Shown piece by piece: positions 27,344 through 37,457 of a stretch of DNA of 64,000 nt. Under the pieces are notes generated by a model. That model was not told the origin of the DNA and did not search any database. It saw nothing but the letters and a program-made list of their open reading frames with translations. The position numbers and the translations under genes were made by a program. Within the stretch, counting starts at the first letter, position 1. Every line of letters begins with the position of its first letter. Source of the DNA: an uncultured Caulobacterales bacterium (lineage in GTDB: Bacteria; Pseudomonadota; Alphaproteobacteria; Caulobacterales; Parvularculaceae); assembly GCA_964479275.1 (NCBI GenBank), contig CAYZLR010000003.1:9102-73101 (forward strand), read 5' to 3'.

Positions 27344-29968
27344 CTAGTTTGCAACAATATTGACAATTCGACCGGGGACAACCACCACTTTCCGAACGGT
27401 CTTACCTTCAATATGCCGTTGAACGCCTGCATCCGACAAGGCCATTTTTTCAACGGTTTCATTGTCGGCATTCTTATTGATAATCAACTCACCGCGCTTC
27501 TTGCCGTTTACCTGCAAAGGCAGGGTTAGCGTATCACTCGCAAGCAAGCTTTCATCATGGGTTGGCCAGGGGGCGTTATAGACCAATCCTTCACCCCCGA
27601 GGGTGAGCCAGCATTCTTCGGCTAAATGTGGAATGAAAGGCGCGATCAGCCGTGTCAACGCGCTCAAAGATTCCGCTCTGGTAAAATCATGCAACCCTTT
27701 ACGGTCTTTGCGGATGGCATTGATAAACTCATAAATTCTGGCAACCGCTTTATTGAAACGAAATTGTTCAATATCTTCGGTGATCGCGGCAATGGTTCCA
27801 TGGGTAACGCGGCGCAAATCTTGATCAAGCTCGGATAACCCTTGAGAGGGCTTGTCGAGGCTTTGTGCTTTCAAAATATCTTTATAAGGGGCGACGCTAT
27901 CCCAAATCCGCCCGAGCAACCGCCAGGCGCCTTCAATGCCGCCATCTGTCCACTCTACATCGCGCTCTGGTGGACTGTCAGATAACATAAACCAGCGCGC
28001 GGCGTCAGCGCCAAAATCTGCAGCAATGATTTCGGGAGAGACCACATTTTTTTTGGATTTGGACATTTTCTCAACCGCACCAACGGTAATCGGCTCTCCT
28101 GTTTCCAGATGAGCGGCTTGACCTGCCTCTATGCGAATTTGATCGGGCGCGACCCATTGCCCCTTTTGGTCCTTATAGGTGGCATGGGTCACCATACCTT
28201 GGGTGAATAGGTTTGCGAAAGGTTCATCAACCTGACAATGACCCGTTGCCTTCATGCACCTAGTGAAATAACGAGCATAAAGTAGGTGTAAGATTGCATG
28301 TTCAATCCCGCCAATATACTGATCAACGGGCAGCCATTGATCAATAGTCTCGCGATCCGTCGGGTTGTCGGGGTGGGGCGCCGCAAACCGGGCGAAATAC
28401 CAAGAGCTATCAATAAATGTATCGAATGTGTCCGTTTCACGCAAAGCGTCACCACCACAAGAAGGACACGAGGTTTTTCGCCATTCATTCGCCCGGTCGA
28501 GAGGATTACCGGGAATACTAAACTCGCGCGCATCTACATCGGGAAGGGTAATCGGCAAATTTTCTGATTTTTCCGGCACGACCCCGCATTTCTCGCAATG
28601 AATTGCCGGGATTGGACATCCCCAATAGCGTTGTCGGGATATGCCCCAATCGCGTAATCGATAATTGGTGTGACCCGTACCAAGACCCAGCGCCTCCACT
28701 TTTTCAATCGCGGCGACGATGCCGTCTTCTACGGTATGGCCATCGAGAAAACCAGAATTGACCAAGGTGCCCGGCCCGATATAGGGAGCATCTCCCACCA
28801 CAACATCGGCAGGGTTAGTGCCTGCCGGGCATACAACTGGCAAGATCTCGAGATCATATTTTTTGGCAAAATCGAAATCTCGTTGATCATGTCCCGGGCA
28901 GCCAAAGATTGCACCGGTGCCGTAATGCATAAGAATGAAATTCGCCACAAAAACCGGAATGGTTTTTCCAGGTTCAAACGGATGCGCCACTTCAATAGGG
29001 AGGCGGTACCCTTTCTTTTCTGCTTTTTCGATGGCTTCTTCAGAGGTTCCCGCTGCCTGGCAATCTAGAATAAAAGCGCGTAAGTCCGCGTCGTTTTCAG
29101 CAAAATGTTTTGCTAGTGGGTGGTCACTGGCGACCCCGCAAAATGAGGCCCCAAACAAAGTATCAGGCCGGGTGGTATAAATTTCTAATCCATGCGCTAA
29201 GGGCTCTGGTGATTTCATTTCACTGGCGAAAGGAAACACCATTTTACAGCCCTTTGACCGCCCAATCCAATTTCGCTGCATGAGTTTTACATTGTCAGGC
29301 CAGCCATCGAGACGGCCATCATCCAAAGCATTTAACAAATCATCGGCAGCATCGGTTATTTTTAAAAACCACTGCCAGAGGGAGCGCCGTTCCACCGGCG
29401 CACCCGAGCGCCACCCTTTGCCGTCAATCACCTGCTCGTTGGCCAAAACGGTATTATCTACCGGGTCCCAATTCACAATGCTTTCTCGACGTTCGACAAA
29501 ACCTGCTTTCCAGAAATCTAGGAAAATGCGTTGTTCATGGACATAATATTCAGGATCACAGGTCGCCAATTCTCTCGACCAATCGATCGCTAGCCCCATC
29601 TCTTTAAGCTGTTCGCGCATGGCTTCTATGTTGGCGAGGGTCCAGTCTTTGGGGTGTGACCCGGTTTGCATGGCCGCATTTTCTGCGGGCATACCAAAAG
29701 CATCCCAACCCATAGGGTGGAGCACATTGTAACCTCTAGCCTTTTTAAATCTCGCGATTACATCTCCCATGGCGTAGTTCCGGACATGGCCCATATGAAT
29801 GCGCCCGGAAGGGTAGGGAAACATCTCCAGGACATAATAGTTTTTGGCGTCTGGGTTTGACCCGGTTTCAAAAGCCTGGGTGTCTTCCCAGGCTTTTCGC
29901 CACCGCGGTTCCACTTCCTTAAAATTATAGCGTTCCACAGGAACTGTTGGGTTGATAGGCTCAGACAT
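27344..29968 (-). CDS. leuS: leucine--tRNA ligase
   Basis: The HIGH (PSGRIHMGH) and KMSKS motifs are present. ATG 29968 (MSEPINPT...) is preferred; the ORF track extends to 30019. Confidence 0.95.
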   Translation of the reverse strand: MSEPINPTVPVERYNFKEVEPRWRKAWEDTQAFETGSNPDAKNYYVLEMFPYPSGRIHMGHVRNYAMGDVIARFKKARGYNVLHPMGWDAFGMPAENAAMQTGSHPKDWTLANIEAMREQLKEMGLAIDWSRELATCDPEYYVHEQRIFLDFWKAGFVERRESIVNWDPVDNTVLANEQVIDGKGWRSGAPVERRSLWQWFLKITDAADDLLNALDDGRLDGWPDNVKLMQRNWIGRSKGCKMVFPFASEMKSPEPLAHGLEIYTTRPDTLFGASFCGVASDHPLAKHFAENDADLRAFILDCQAAGTSEEAIEKAEKKGYRLPIEVAHPFEPGKTIPVFVANFILMHYGTGAIFGCPGHDQRDFDFAKKYDLEILPVVCPAGTNPADVVVGDAPYIGPGTLVNSGFLDGHTVEDGIVAAIEKVEALGLGTGHTNYRLRDWGISRQRYWGCPIPAIHCEKCGVVPEKSENLPITLPDVDAREFSIPGNPLDRANEWRKTSCPSCGGDALRETDTFDTFIDSSWYFARFAAPHPDNPTDRETIDQWLPVDQYIGGIEHAILHLLYARYFTRCMKATGHCQVDEPFANLFTQGMVTHATYKDQKGQWVAPDQIRIEAGQAAHLETGEPITVGAVEKMSKSKKNVVSPEIIAADFGADAARWFMLSDSPPERDVEWTDGGIEGAWRLLGRIWDSVAPYKDILKAQSLDKPSQGLSELDQDLRRVTHGTIAAITEDIEQFRFNKAVARIYEFINAIRKDRKGLHDFTRAESLSALTRLIAPFIPHLAEECWLTLGGEGLVYNAPWPTHDESLLASDTLTLPLQVNGKKRGELIINKNADNETVEKMALSDAGVQRHIEGKTVRKVVVVPGRIVNIVAN

Positions 29969-30052
29969 GGGTAAATTCACTTTGTAGAAATTGGGCAATA
30001 AAAAACGGTACCGAAGCACCGTTTTTCATCGTGAATGGGCTTCGAGTCGGGC

Positions 30053-30547
30053 TTAATTAAGACTATTAAGTCGCAGCTGACGCGCTCTCGTCAAAATTGC
30101 ATTTTCGAGTTCACGCGGGGTTGATGGATTAACTTGGGCATCAACCCAGCTGGCTGCGCCGTCGCGTTTTTGTCTAAATACAGTAACTTTCAGGGCGTCT
30201 GCTCGCAGGGCCTGGTCAAGTATATAAACATTCACCTTGAACCGCTCATTTGTGGATTCAGGATTTACATACCAATCTGTGATGATGAGACCGGAAATAG
30301 GATCTGCAGAGGAAATCGGTAGGAAATTTACCGTTTCCAGAGACGCCGACCACAAATACCGATTAACGGTCGTTGCCTGGGCCGAGTTACTGCTCTTCGA
30401 GGATAGACCGGGTACAGTCAGATTGCGGTCATCGAGGGTTGATCCACTAGAACAGGCGTTCAAAAGAATAGCTGTAAAAATCGCGATTGAAATCTGAAAA
30501 ATTGGTGATTTTGAAGGTGATAATGCATTTATGAATGAGGGTGACAT
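30053..30547 (-). CDS. DUF3576 family lipoprotein
   Basis: Lipobox LLNACSS is present, with the conserved core RYLWSASLETVNFLPISSADPISGLIITDWY...ERFKVNVYI. The start is uncertain (ATG 30547, ATG 30583 or TTG 30610). Confidence 0.75.
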   Translation of the reverse strand: MSPSFINALSPSKSPIFQISIAIFTAILLNACSSGSTLDDRNLTVPGLSSKSSNSAQATTVNRYLWSASLETVNFLPISSADPISGLIITDWYVNPESTNERFKVNVYILDQALRADALKVTVFRQKRDGAASWVDAQVNPSTPRELENAILTRARQLRLNSLN

Positions 30548-31157
30548 TTGGTGATCCAGATCAGTGTCGGGCCTTAAGATCATAAGTCCCGATAAATTTG
30601 TTTTTGACAACGATACATTTCAAGTTCTGTTAATTATCACTATTAGCGGGGGTTGCGCAATCACTATTCCGCAGCGTGTGAGAAGATAGTACGATTAACA
30701 GACATCGCTCAGATGTGATTTTATTGTTATTTTATAGCGTGGTAATACCATCACATTAACCTTAGTTTGTACCATTTCAACGGATTATCTCTTGACCAAC
30801 AGACCTTTATCGGGGGAGTATGTCGCGGTAAGGCTTCCCCTTGGGGAAAGCGTGACACCTTGGTTATGAATACAGTTCTTTCGATATTGATGAGTAGGGC
30901 TGAATGGAAAACTTAGGTAAATCGGTTGGGGCCGATGTGTGGTGGGAGTTGCAAGAATAGGGGCGAAGCTCTAAACCATATGGTTTTGGGTAATATAATA
31001 GTCGGTGTTGCTGGAATAGCGCGCTGGCGCAAAAGAATGCGTGCTGGTTGTTTTATTAATCTTTCTTCAGTGTTACCCGTGAAAGATTACCTAATAATAG
31101 CCAGAAATGTAATAAATTAGGATAAGAGTCTGAACGAGGATTGTAAGCAGAACTAGA

Positions 31158-32510
31158 ATGCGCAGATCGGGGACAACATATCTGCCAAACTCAGTAGGCA
31201 TTTTTGCTCAGCGCTTGAATAGCACTGTGCAAAAATGCTCGTGGGCGCGATGTTCTGATGGCTTGGGAAAACAAAGTCCAGTCTCACTCAAAGCCCTGAG
31301 TTTGGCGGCATTTCTGGGACTGACTTGTGTAACCCCTGTTGTTGCGCAAAGTGACATTGATCTTGATGTCAAAGGGAAAGCCTCTGCCGTTATCGGTGTT
31401 GATGACAACGGAGATTTGCTTGGTGATGCAGATGCGCAAGTCACGGTAAAGGGATCAAAATTACTCAATAATGGAATTGAAGTTGGCGCTGTCTTAGAAG
31501 GACGATTTGATGAGGATCAACCTCGGCAAGGGTTTTCAGCTGGACGTCAGTCAGGTCTGCTTATCGGTGGTCCCCGCGGTGTTGGGCCATTGTCTGGTGA
31601 TACCTTTGTACAGGGAGCCTATGGTTATGCCCGTGGCGGATTTGGCAAAGTAATCGTAGGCAGGGATCAAGGTGTTGCACGGCAATTGGCCGTGACGGCA
31701 CCAACTATTTTTCAATCGGTGAACGTCAATGATTTTCGTACGGATTTATCCGGCTTGAATGATATTCATACGGTGAATGACTTTTCTGGTTATTCTACAA
31801 AAGTAAGCTATTTGCCGCCCGCTAATTTATTTGGTGGTGTTATCGGCGGATTGCAATTGGGCGTTTCTTATTCCCCGCGCCTTGCTCAATGCGGGGAACC
31901 TTTGTGTGCGCCCCAAGATGAGCGGGCTCTGTTGCCAGAGACTAGTCTTCTTAATGAAAGTGCGCGTTGGCAAAATGTATTAGAAGGGGCTTTCTTCTAT
32001 CAAAAAGGGCTTGATTTTGGCTCGGACGGGGCGAAAGATATCGTCGTAGGGTTTGGCGCGAGCGTCGTAACCGCTGAAGAAAATGCCAATGCGGTCGTCA
32101 ATTTTTTCGACGATTATCAAGCTTATTCTTTGGGTGTGAATGTTGCTTTTCGCGGACTCACATTAGGCGGTTCGGTTAAAACAACAAATGCCGGAATTTC
32201 TATTCCTGATACGGTTGATGATGATTATTTTGCCTTTGATGCTGGAATAACATATAAGACCGGTGATTGGGGATTTATGTTGGGGTACGGACAGTCTGAG
32301 GCTAATATCATTGGACCTACAACGACATTGACTGACCCGACGATCCTAAGAGATACGCAAACTGCGCAAGCCGGTGTAACCTATTTCCTTGGTCGCGGAA
32401 TAACCATCGGTGCCGCAGCTCAATATGTTGAATCAAAAAAATTAAACTCAACACTCGGAGCGCCTGAAGACAGTCTTACCGCAGTCACCGAGATCGGCAT
32501 CAAGTTTTAG
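31158..32510 (+). CDS. outer-membrane porin (alphaproteobacterial porin-like beta-barrel)
   Basis: There is an internal signal peptide (LKALSLAAFLGLTCVTPVVAQS), alternating beta-strand patterns and a C-terminal ...TEIGIKF. The true start is probably downstream of 31158 (for example TTG 31263), because about 35-45 non-signal residues precede the signal peptide. Confidence 0.75.
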   Translation: MRRSGTTYLPNSVGIFAQRLNSTVQKCSWARCSDGLGKQSPVSLKALSLAAFLGLTCVTPVVAQSDIDLDVKGKASAVIGVDDNGDLLGDADAQVTVKGSKLLNNGIEVGAVLEGRFDEDQPRQGFSAGRQSGLLIGGPRGVGPLSGDTFVQGAYGYARGGFGKVIVGRDQGVARQLAVTAPTIFQSVNVNDFRTDLSGLNDIHTVNDFSGYSTKVSYLPPANLFGGVIGGLQLGVSYSPRLAQCGEPLCAPQDERALLPETSLLNESARWQNVLEGAFFYQKGLDFGSDGAKDIVVGFGASVVTAEENANAVVNFFDDYQAYSLGVNVAFRGLTLGGSVKTTNAGISIPDTVDDDYFAFDAGITYKTGDWGFMLGYGQSEANIIGPTTTLTDPTILRDTQTAQAGVTYFLGRGITIGAAAQYVESKKLNSTLGAPEDSLTAVTEIGIKF

Positions 32511-32917
32511 GGCGTTTTCCTCGACTCTTTAGACATGGTTTTGATAAAATCGATTAAACGTTTGCGCACTTCATCATCCTTGATTTCAAAATAATATTGA
32601 AGAAACTGTTGGCTTTCTGCTGTCTTGGCTAAATTCGCTTTCATATCATCGATATCATGGTGGGGATAGTTGCTTCCAAAACCTTCATAATTTTCGAAAA
32701 AATACTGTACCCTGATATTTAATGCTTTAGCCAATTCGTAAAGGCGGCTGGCACCGATGCGATTGGTCCCTTTTTCATATTTTTGAATTTGTTGAAATGT
32801 GATCCCAAGGCGTTGGCCAAGTTCATTTTGACTAAGTTCTAACATTTGTCGGCGTAATTTTAATCGCATACCAACATGTAAATCGACTGGGTGGACTGAT
32901 TTTTTATCTTCAGACAT
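32507..32917 (-). CDS. XRE family helix-turn-helix transcriptional regulator
   Basis: 136-aa ORF with the HTH LSQNELGQRLGITFQQIQKYEKGTNRI. Its stop overlaps the porin stop. Confidence 0.85.
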   Translation of the reverse strand: MSEDKKSVHPVDLHVGMRLKLRRQMLELSQNELGQRLGITFQQIQKYEKGTNRIGASRLYELAKALNIRVQYFFENYEGFGSNYPHHDIDDMKANLAKTAESQQFLQYYFEIKDDEVRKRLIDFIKTMSKESRKTP

Positions 32918-33147
32918 AAAATTATCCGCCCAATCATTATACTATATATGAGGATGGTTTAACAAAGGAAAATCCTCACATCATCAAACATTTTCACCCA
33001 TCTATAAAAACATACCATTATTCGTAATTTAAAGAAAGCTCGCAGCGAACCCGTGAAAACTATCGCTGATTATAAAATTCGACCGCATAACAAGAAACTG
33101 TTGGGCTCGCATGTAATCCAGCGATGGGAGAAACCAGATATATGAAA

Positions 33148-34791
33148 TTAAGGGCGCTTATCTCTTGAAGACCAAAGTAAAAAGCTGGCTATGATCAGCA
33201 TGAATGCATAAAGCCAGTTGCCAAAACGGGCATACACAGTTTCGTTATTGGAAGCCGGTAATGCCATATCGATAACACCATCTTGATAAAGAGCGATTTT
33301 TTTTAAAATGCGGCCATTAGCATCTATGACGGCCGAAATCCCTGTATTGGCAGATCGAACCATCGGTAATCCAGATTCTATGGCGCGAAGCCTGGCTTGA
33401 TCAAGATGTTGCTTGGGGCCCGCGCCATCCCCAAACCATGCATCATTTGTAACGGTAACAAGCCATTCTGGGCGTGCGTCTTTAGGATAGATTTGCCCTG
33501 GAAAAATGGTTTCATAACAAATCAACGGCGCAAAGGCCGCAGGGCCAATTTGAATGGTTTGTGGTCCCACTCCAGCAGTGAAGCCATCTCCAACTGGTGC
33601 CAATTGGGAAAGACCGATTGAATTTAGCAGGCCTTTGAGTGGTAGGTATTCACCAAAAGGCACGAGATGATGTTTATCGTAATAGCGAGTAACATTGCGT
33701 TCGCGCCCACGGTCTTCCAAAATAGCTAATGTATTATAATATTGATTAGCAGACAGATCTTGTATGGCTTGTCGCACGGACCCGGCCAAAATAATAGTCT
33801 TAGCGGCGATGGACCGTTTGATTATATCCCTGGCGACTGGTTGTTGATCAATCCAGGAGATCGCATTTTCTGGCCAGATAATATAATCAGCTGGATTGGG
33901 GTGATTATTGGCGCCGGTTCCTGACATGGAAAGGTTAATGAGTTTGTTAAAATTTTGATTTGCAAGGGCAGGATTGACTTTATCTTTTTGGGTAATATTG
34001 GGCTGTACGATGCTAATGCGAATGTCGTCTCTCAGAGTGGTCGGTGAAAATAATAACAAAACAAAACCAACGAAGAAAAGAATCGCAAATCCGAAAAGGC
34101 TAAAGAACCAGGAAAAAACAGCTTCCTTCTTATATTGAAGTGTTGTGACGGGTAGAGCGGATAAGGACACAACTAAAAATCCTAATCCGTATACACCGTA
34201 AACACTCACGGTTTGCGCACCGGCGATGATTCCTGTCATGGCCTGACCGGCTAGGTTCCATGGTAATCCTGTTAATATATGTCCTCTTAAATATTCAAAA
34301 ACACTGATGCAGACTGCAAATAAGAGGGCATGTTGTAAAGTCATCAATGCACTACCAGGCCATAAAGCGCGCCGGGCTTTGACAAAAATGACCCCCGGCA
34401 AGGCATAAAACAGACCTAAAAACCCGGCAAATGCGGGGATAGCGATTGGTATCATCCAGGCAAACTGATCGGCGCGCACCAAAAATGCAAACCCCATCCA
34501 GTAAAGGCCGCTTAGAAAATACCCGGTTCCAAAAGCCCATCCGGTAAAAAATGCGCGACGCAAAGGTCGAGGCTGGTCATCAAGGCTTTGCTGACTCCAT
34601 AAACATAAGAGAATGGAGTAGGCCACGATCATAAGCGGCAGAAGATAATAAGGGGCCATGGCAAGGGTTGCCCCGACACCGCTAAAAAAAGCAAGCCCAT
34701 AACGGCGCCATCCCGTCAAAGCCGAAACTTTTTGTGTTAATTTTTTTAATAATCGATCACAGCTTTCTCTCACGCTGTTTATCGGTCTCAT
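33148..34791 (-). CDS. lnt: apolipoprotein N-acyltransferase
   Basis: 547-aa ORF with a polytopic N-terminus and a C-N hydrolase domain (VQPNI...WPE...CYE). Its start overlaps the corC-like stop in an ATGA. Confidence 0.9.
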   Translation of the reverse strand: MRPINSVRESCDRLLKKLTQKVSALTGWRRYGLAFFSGVGATLAMAPYYLLPLMIVAYSILLCLWSQQSLDDQPRPLRRAFFTGWAFGTGYFLSGLYWMGFAFLVRADQFAWMIPIAIPAFAGFLGLFYALPGVIFVKARRALWPGSALMTLQHALLFAVCISVFEYLRGHILTGLPWNLAGQAMTGIIAGAQTVSVYGVYGLGFLVVSLSALPVTTLQYKKEAVFSWFFSLFGFAILFFVGFVLLLFSPTTLRDDIRISIVQPNITQKDKVNPALANQNFNKLINLSMSGTGANNHPNPADYIIWPENAISWIDQQPVARDIIKRSIAAKTIILAGSVRQAIQDLSANQYYNTLAILEDRGRERNVTRYYDKHHLVPFGEYLPLKGLLNSIGLSQLAPVGDGFTAGVGPQTIQIGPAAFAPLICYETIFPGQIYPKDARPEWLVTVTNDAWFGDGAGPKQHLDQARLRAIESGLPMVRSANTGISAVIDANGRILKKIALYQDGVIDMALPASNNETVYARFGNWLYAFMLIIASFLLWSSRDKRP

Positions 34792-35756
34792 TGTTGAGGT
34801 GGGGTCTCTTTTAACCCCGTTGTTTTTTTAATAGGGCGTATACGAATTTTACGAATTTTACGTACATCTCCTTCCAAAACTTCAAATTCATATCCAGCGG
34901 GATGGGTAATAATCTCTCCGCGCAAAGGGACGCGCCCTGCAAGGGCAAAAACGAGCCCCCCCAAAGTTTCAACATCATCTTCTGTATCGATAAAAGATGC
35001 ATTTGTAAGCGTTTCCAATTCTTCCAGATCCAGCCGGGCATCTGCGTCCCATCCCCCGCCATCATGATCAGAGATCATCGGACCATCATCTTCATCATGC
35101 TCATCATTAATCTCACCAACGATTTCCTCGATTAGATCTTCGATTGTCACAAGGCCATCGGTGCCACCATATTCATCAATGACCAGGGCCATATGAATGC
35201 GAGAAACCTGCATACGCAAAAACAAGTCGACGACGCGCATGGATGGGGGAACATAAATTACGGTTCTAATAATATCGCTGAGAATTTTTTGGTCAGCATT
35301 TTTTTCTAAGGCATGATCATGTTCGGCCAGTGTACCAATTAAATCTTTTATGTGAACCATACCAACTGGGTCATCGAGATCACTGCGATATACCGGCATA
35401 CGGGAGTGGCCTGCATCGGAAAAATGCTGAATTAAATCTTGTAGAGACGTATTGATCTCCACAGCCTCAATATCGGCACGCGGAAGCATCACATCAAAGA
35501 CGCGTTTTTCATCAAAAGCGATGACACGTTCTATCATATCTCTACGGGTGCGAGGTGCATTTACCGCACTGCCTTGCCCAGTGATCTGATCTGAGCTTTG
35601 CACTGTATCATAAACCGGTTTTGCAGCTGCGGATATTCCTGCAAATGAGCGCAATTTATTGATAAACCCACTGGAATTTTTTTCCGAAAAAGGGTCAGCC
35701 TCGTCCGTTGTACGATTATCGGTAATGTTTTTTGCCGCAGCGTCTGCGTCGTTCAT
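34788..35756 (-). CDS. corC: CBS-pair / CorC_HlyC domain protein (CorC/TlyC family)
   Basis: 322-aa ORF with CBS domains and a C-terminal transporter-associated domain, in the conserved miaB-phoH-ybeY-corC-lnt order. Confidence 0.8.
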   Translation of the reverse strand: MNDADAAAKNITDNRTTDEADPFSEKNSSGFINKLRSFAGISAAAKPVYDTVQSSDQITGQGSAVNAPRTRRDMIERVIAFDEKRVFDVMLPRADIEAVEINTSLQDLIQHFSDAGHSRMPVYRSDLDDPVGMVHIKDLIGTLAEHDHALEKNADQKILSDIIRTVIYVPPSMRVVDLFLRMQVSRIHMALVIDEYGGTDGLVTIEDLIEEIVGEINDEHDEDDGPMISDHDGGGWDADARLDLEELETLTNASFIDTEDDVETLGGLVFALAGRVPLRGEIITHPAGYEFEVLEGDVRKIRKIRIRPIKKTTGLKETPPQQ

Positions 35757-35778
35757 GTGAGAAATCTCTATTCCATTC

Positions 35779-35799
35779 AGGAGGCGAGTAACACCTCCT
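35779..35799 (-). other. SD/anti-SD-like hairpin in the ybeY-corC spacer (mRNA: AGGAGG-N9-CCUCCU)
   Basis: A perfect 6-bp inverted repeat was read directly, 23-43 nt upstream of the corC ATG. Confidence 0.5.
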
Positions 35800-35903
35800 T
35801 AAGATTGGGAGCAAGCGAATTTTGAATCGGACTCGAAGGGTTCTAGTGGTTTTTCCAAGTGTAGCTATAAATCAAGCCACACTCAATTCAAACCCGCAAC
35901 AAT

Positions 35904-36389
35904 TTATCGCTTATAAGGATTGGCAATGTTCAGGCTTTGCAGCACTTTAACTTCTAGATTTTCCATTTCTTCGGCTTCGGTGTCGCCTTGATGATCATAA
36001 CCGGTGAGATGGAGTAGGCCATGAATAATTAAATGGCTGGTGTGGTGGGCGAACGGACAATTGGCCTGCTCGGCTTCGCGCACACAAATCTCCAGCCCCA
36101 AGGCGATATCACCTAGCAATTTTTGCTCAGATTGGTCCGTCTGTGCAATATTGGGTAATTGTGGCATTGGCACTGCAGGAAAAGACAGAACATTTGTCGG
36201 TGCGTTTCTATCTCGATACTCACGATTAAGCGTTTGAATATGTTGATCATTGGTCAGCAATAAAGAGACTTCGCCGCTACAAGCGGGTTCGAAACGATTG
36301 ACCGCCTGATAACATGCTAGTGCGCGCTCTTGAATATCAGATAAGGCCGCCAGCCAACCTTGATCACCAATTACTATTTCTATGGTCAT
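35904..36389 (-). CDS. ybeY: rRNA maturation endoribonuclease YbeY
   Basis: 161-aa ORF with the zinc motif HLIIHGLLHLTGYDH. Confidence 0.92.
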   Translation of the reverse strand: MTIEIVIGDQGWLAALSDIQERALACYQAVNRFEPACSGEVSLLLTNDQHIQTLNREYRDRNAPTNVLSFPAVPMPQLPNIAQTDQSEQKLLGDIALGLEICVREAEQANCPFAHHTSHLIIHGLLHLTGYDHQGDTEAEEMENLEVKVLQSLNIANPYKR

Positions 36390-36397
36390 AAGAAGAT

Positions 36398-37447
36398 CTA
36401 GTTTTGATTTTGGATGTCTTTATCGCGCTTATCATAGGCATTGATAATCCGGGCCACCATAGGGTGGCGCACAACATCTTTTGCCGTGAATTGCGCAACC
36501 CCAACCCCTTTTACATCTGATAAAATAGATAAGGCATCAACAAGGCCTGATTTTTCATGGGAGGGAAGATCGCTTTGTTGAGGATCACCCGTCACCACCA
36601 TTCGCGCCCCCTCTCCAAGCCGGGTTAAAAACATTTTCATTTGTACAGCCGTTGCATTTTGTCCTTCATCGAGGATGACGGCGGCCCTGGCCAATGTACG
36701 CCCGCGCATAAATCCAAGTGGTGCAATTTCAATATCACCAGCTGCAAGGCGGCGCTCCACAAAATCTGTATCCATCATATCATGCAAGGCATCATAGAGC
36801 GGGCGTAGATAGGGGTCGACTTTTTCTTTCATATCTCCAGGCAAAAACCCGATTCTCTCTCCGGCCTCTAACGCAGGGCGGGTTAAAATCAGACGTTCTA
36901 CTTTCTCACTTAGTAACAGATGAACAGCGAAAGCCACCGCGAGATAAGTCTTACCTGTTCCCGCAGGGCCAGTGCCAAAAACCAGATCATGATCATTTAA
37001 AGCTTGTAGATAATGGGCCTGGTTTTGCGTGCGCGGTGCAATCAAGCGTTTTGGTGTTTTTATACTTAGTTTTTCTCGGTCAATCATAATTTTACTGTTG
37101 GGTTGTGTTAGGCGTGCTGCACCGCGAACATCGCCAATAGAGATGGAATGGCCGTCGGCTAATTGCTGATAAAGAGTTTCAAGCGCTTGCCGAGCCTGAG
37201 AGCGTGCTGCCCGACCCCCGCTAATGGCGAGGCGATTGCCTCTGGGGTCAATGCGGACATCAAATGCTTTTTCCAGCAAAATCAAATGCGCATCATGTTG
37301 ACCGACCAGCTCTGCGGCCAAATGATTATCGTCAAAGTCGAGATAATCGATTTTGTCTTTTGCTGCTTGGTCGGTTGCGTCAGGAGATGTCTCGTTTCGC
37401 ATCTCGCGGCGTTGCCATGCTTTTTTTGCGCTAAAAGGTTTATCCAA
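36398..37447 (-). CDS. phoH: PhoH-like ATPase
   Basis: 349-aa ORF with Walker A GPAGTGKTYLA. Confidence 0.9.
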   Translation of the reverse strand: MDKPFSAKKAWQRREMRNETSPDATDQAAKDKIDYLDFDDNHLAAELVGQHDAHLILLEKAFDVRIDPRGNRLAISGGRAARSQARQALETLYQQLADGHSISIGDVRGAARLTQPNSKIMIDREKLSIKTPKRLIAPRTQNQAHYLQALNDHDLVFGTGPAGTGKTYLAVAFAVHLLLSEKVERLILTRPALEAGERIGFLPGDMKEKVDPYLRPLYDALHDMMDTDFVERRLAAGDIEIAPLGFMRGRTLARAAVILDEGQNATAVQMKMFLTRLGEGARMVVTGDPQQSDLPSHEKSGLVDALSILSDVKGVGVAQFTAKDVVRHPMVARIINAYDKRDKDIQNQN

Positions 37448-37457
37448 GTTGACCGCC

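Noticed and set aside
30926-31120. A 64-aa plus-strand ORF in the long spacer upstream of the porin gene.
   Set aside because: The translation is Cys/Gly/Arg-rich, and there is no SD and no recognisable family. The region is reported as non-coding of unknown function instead.
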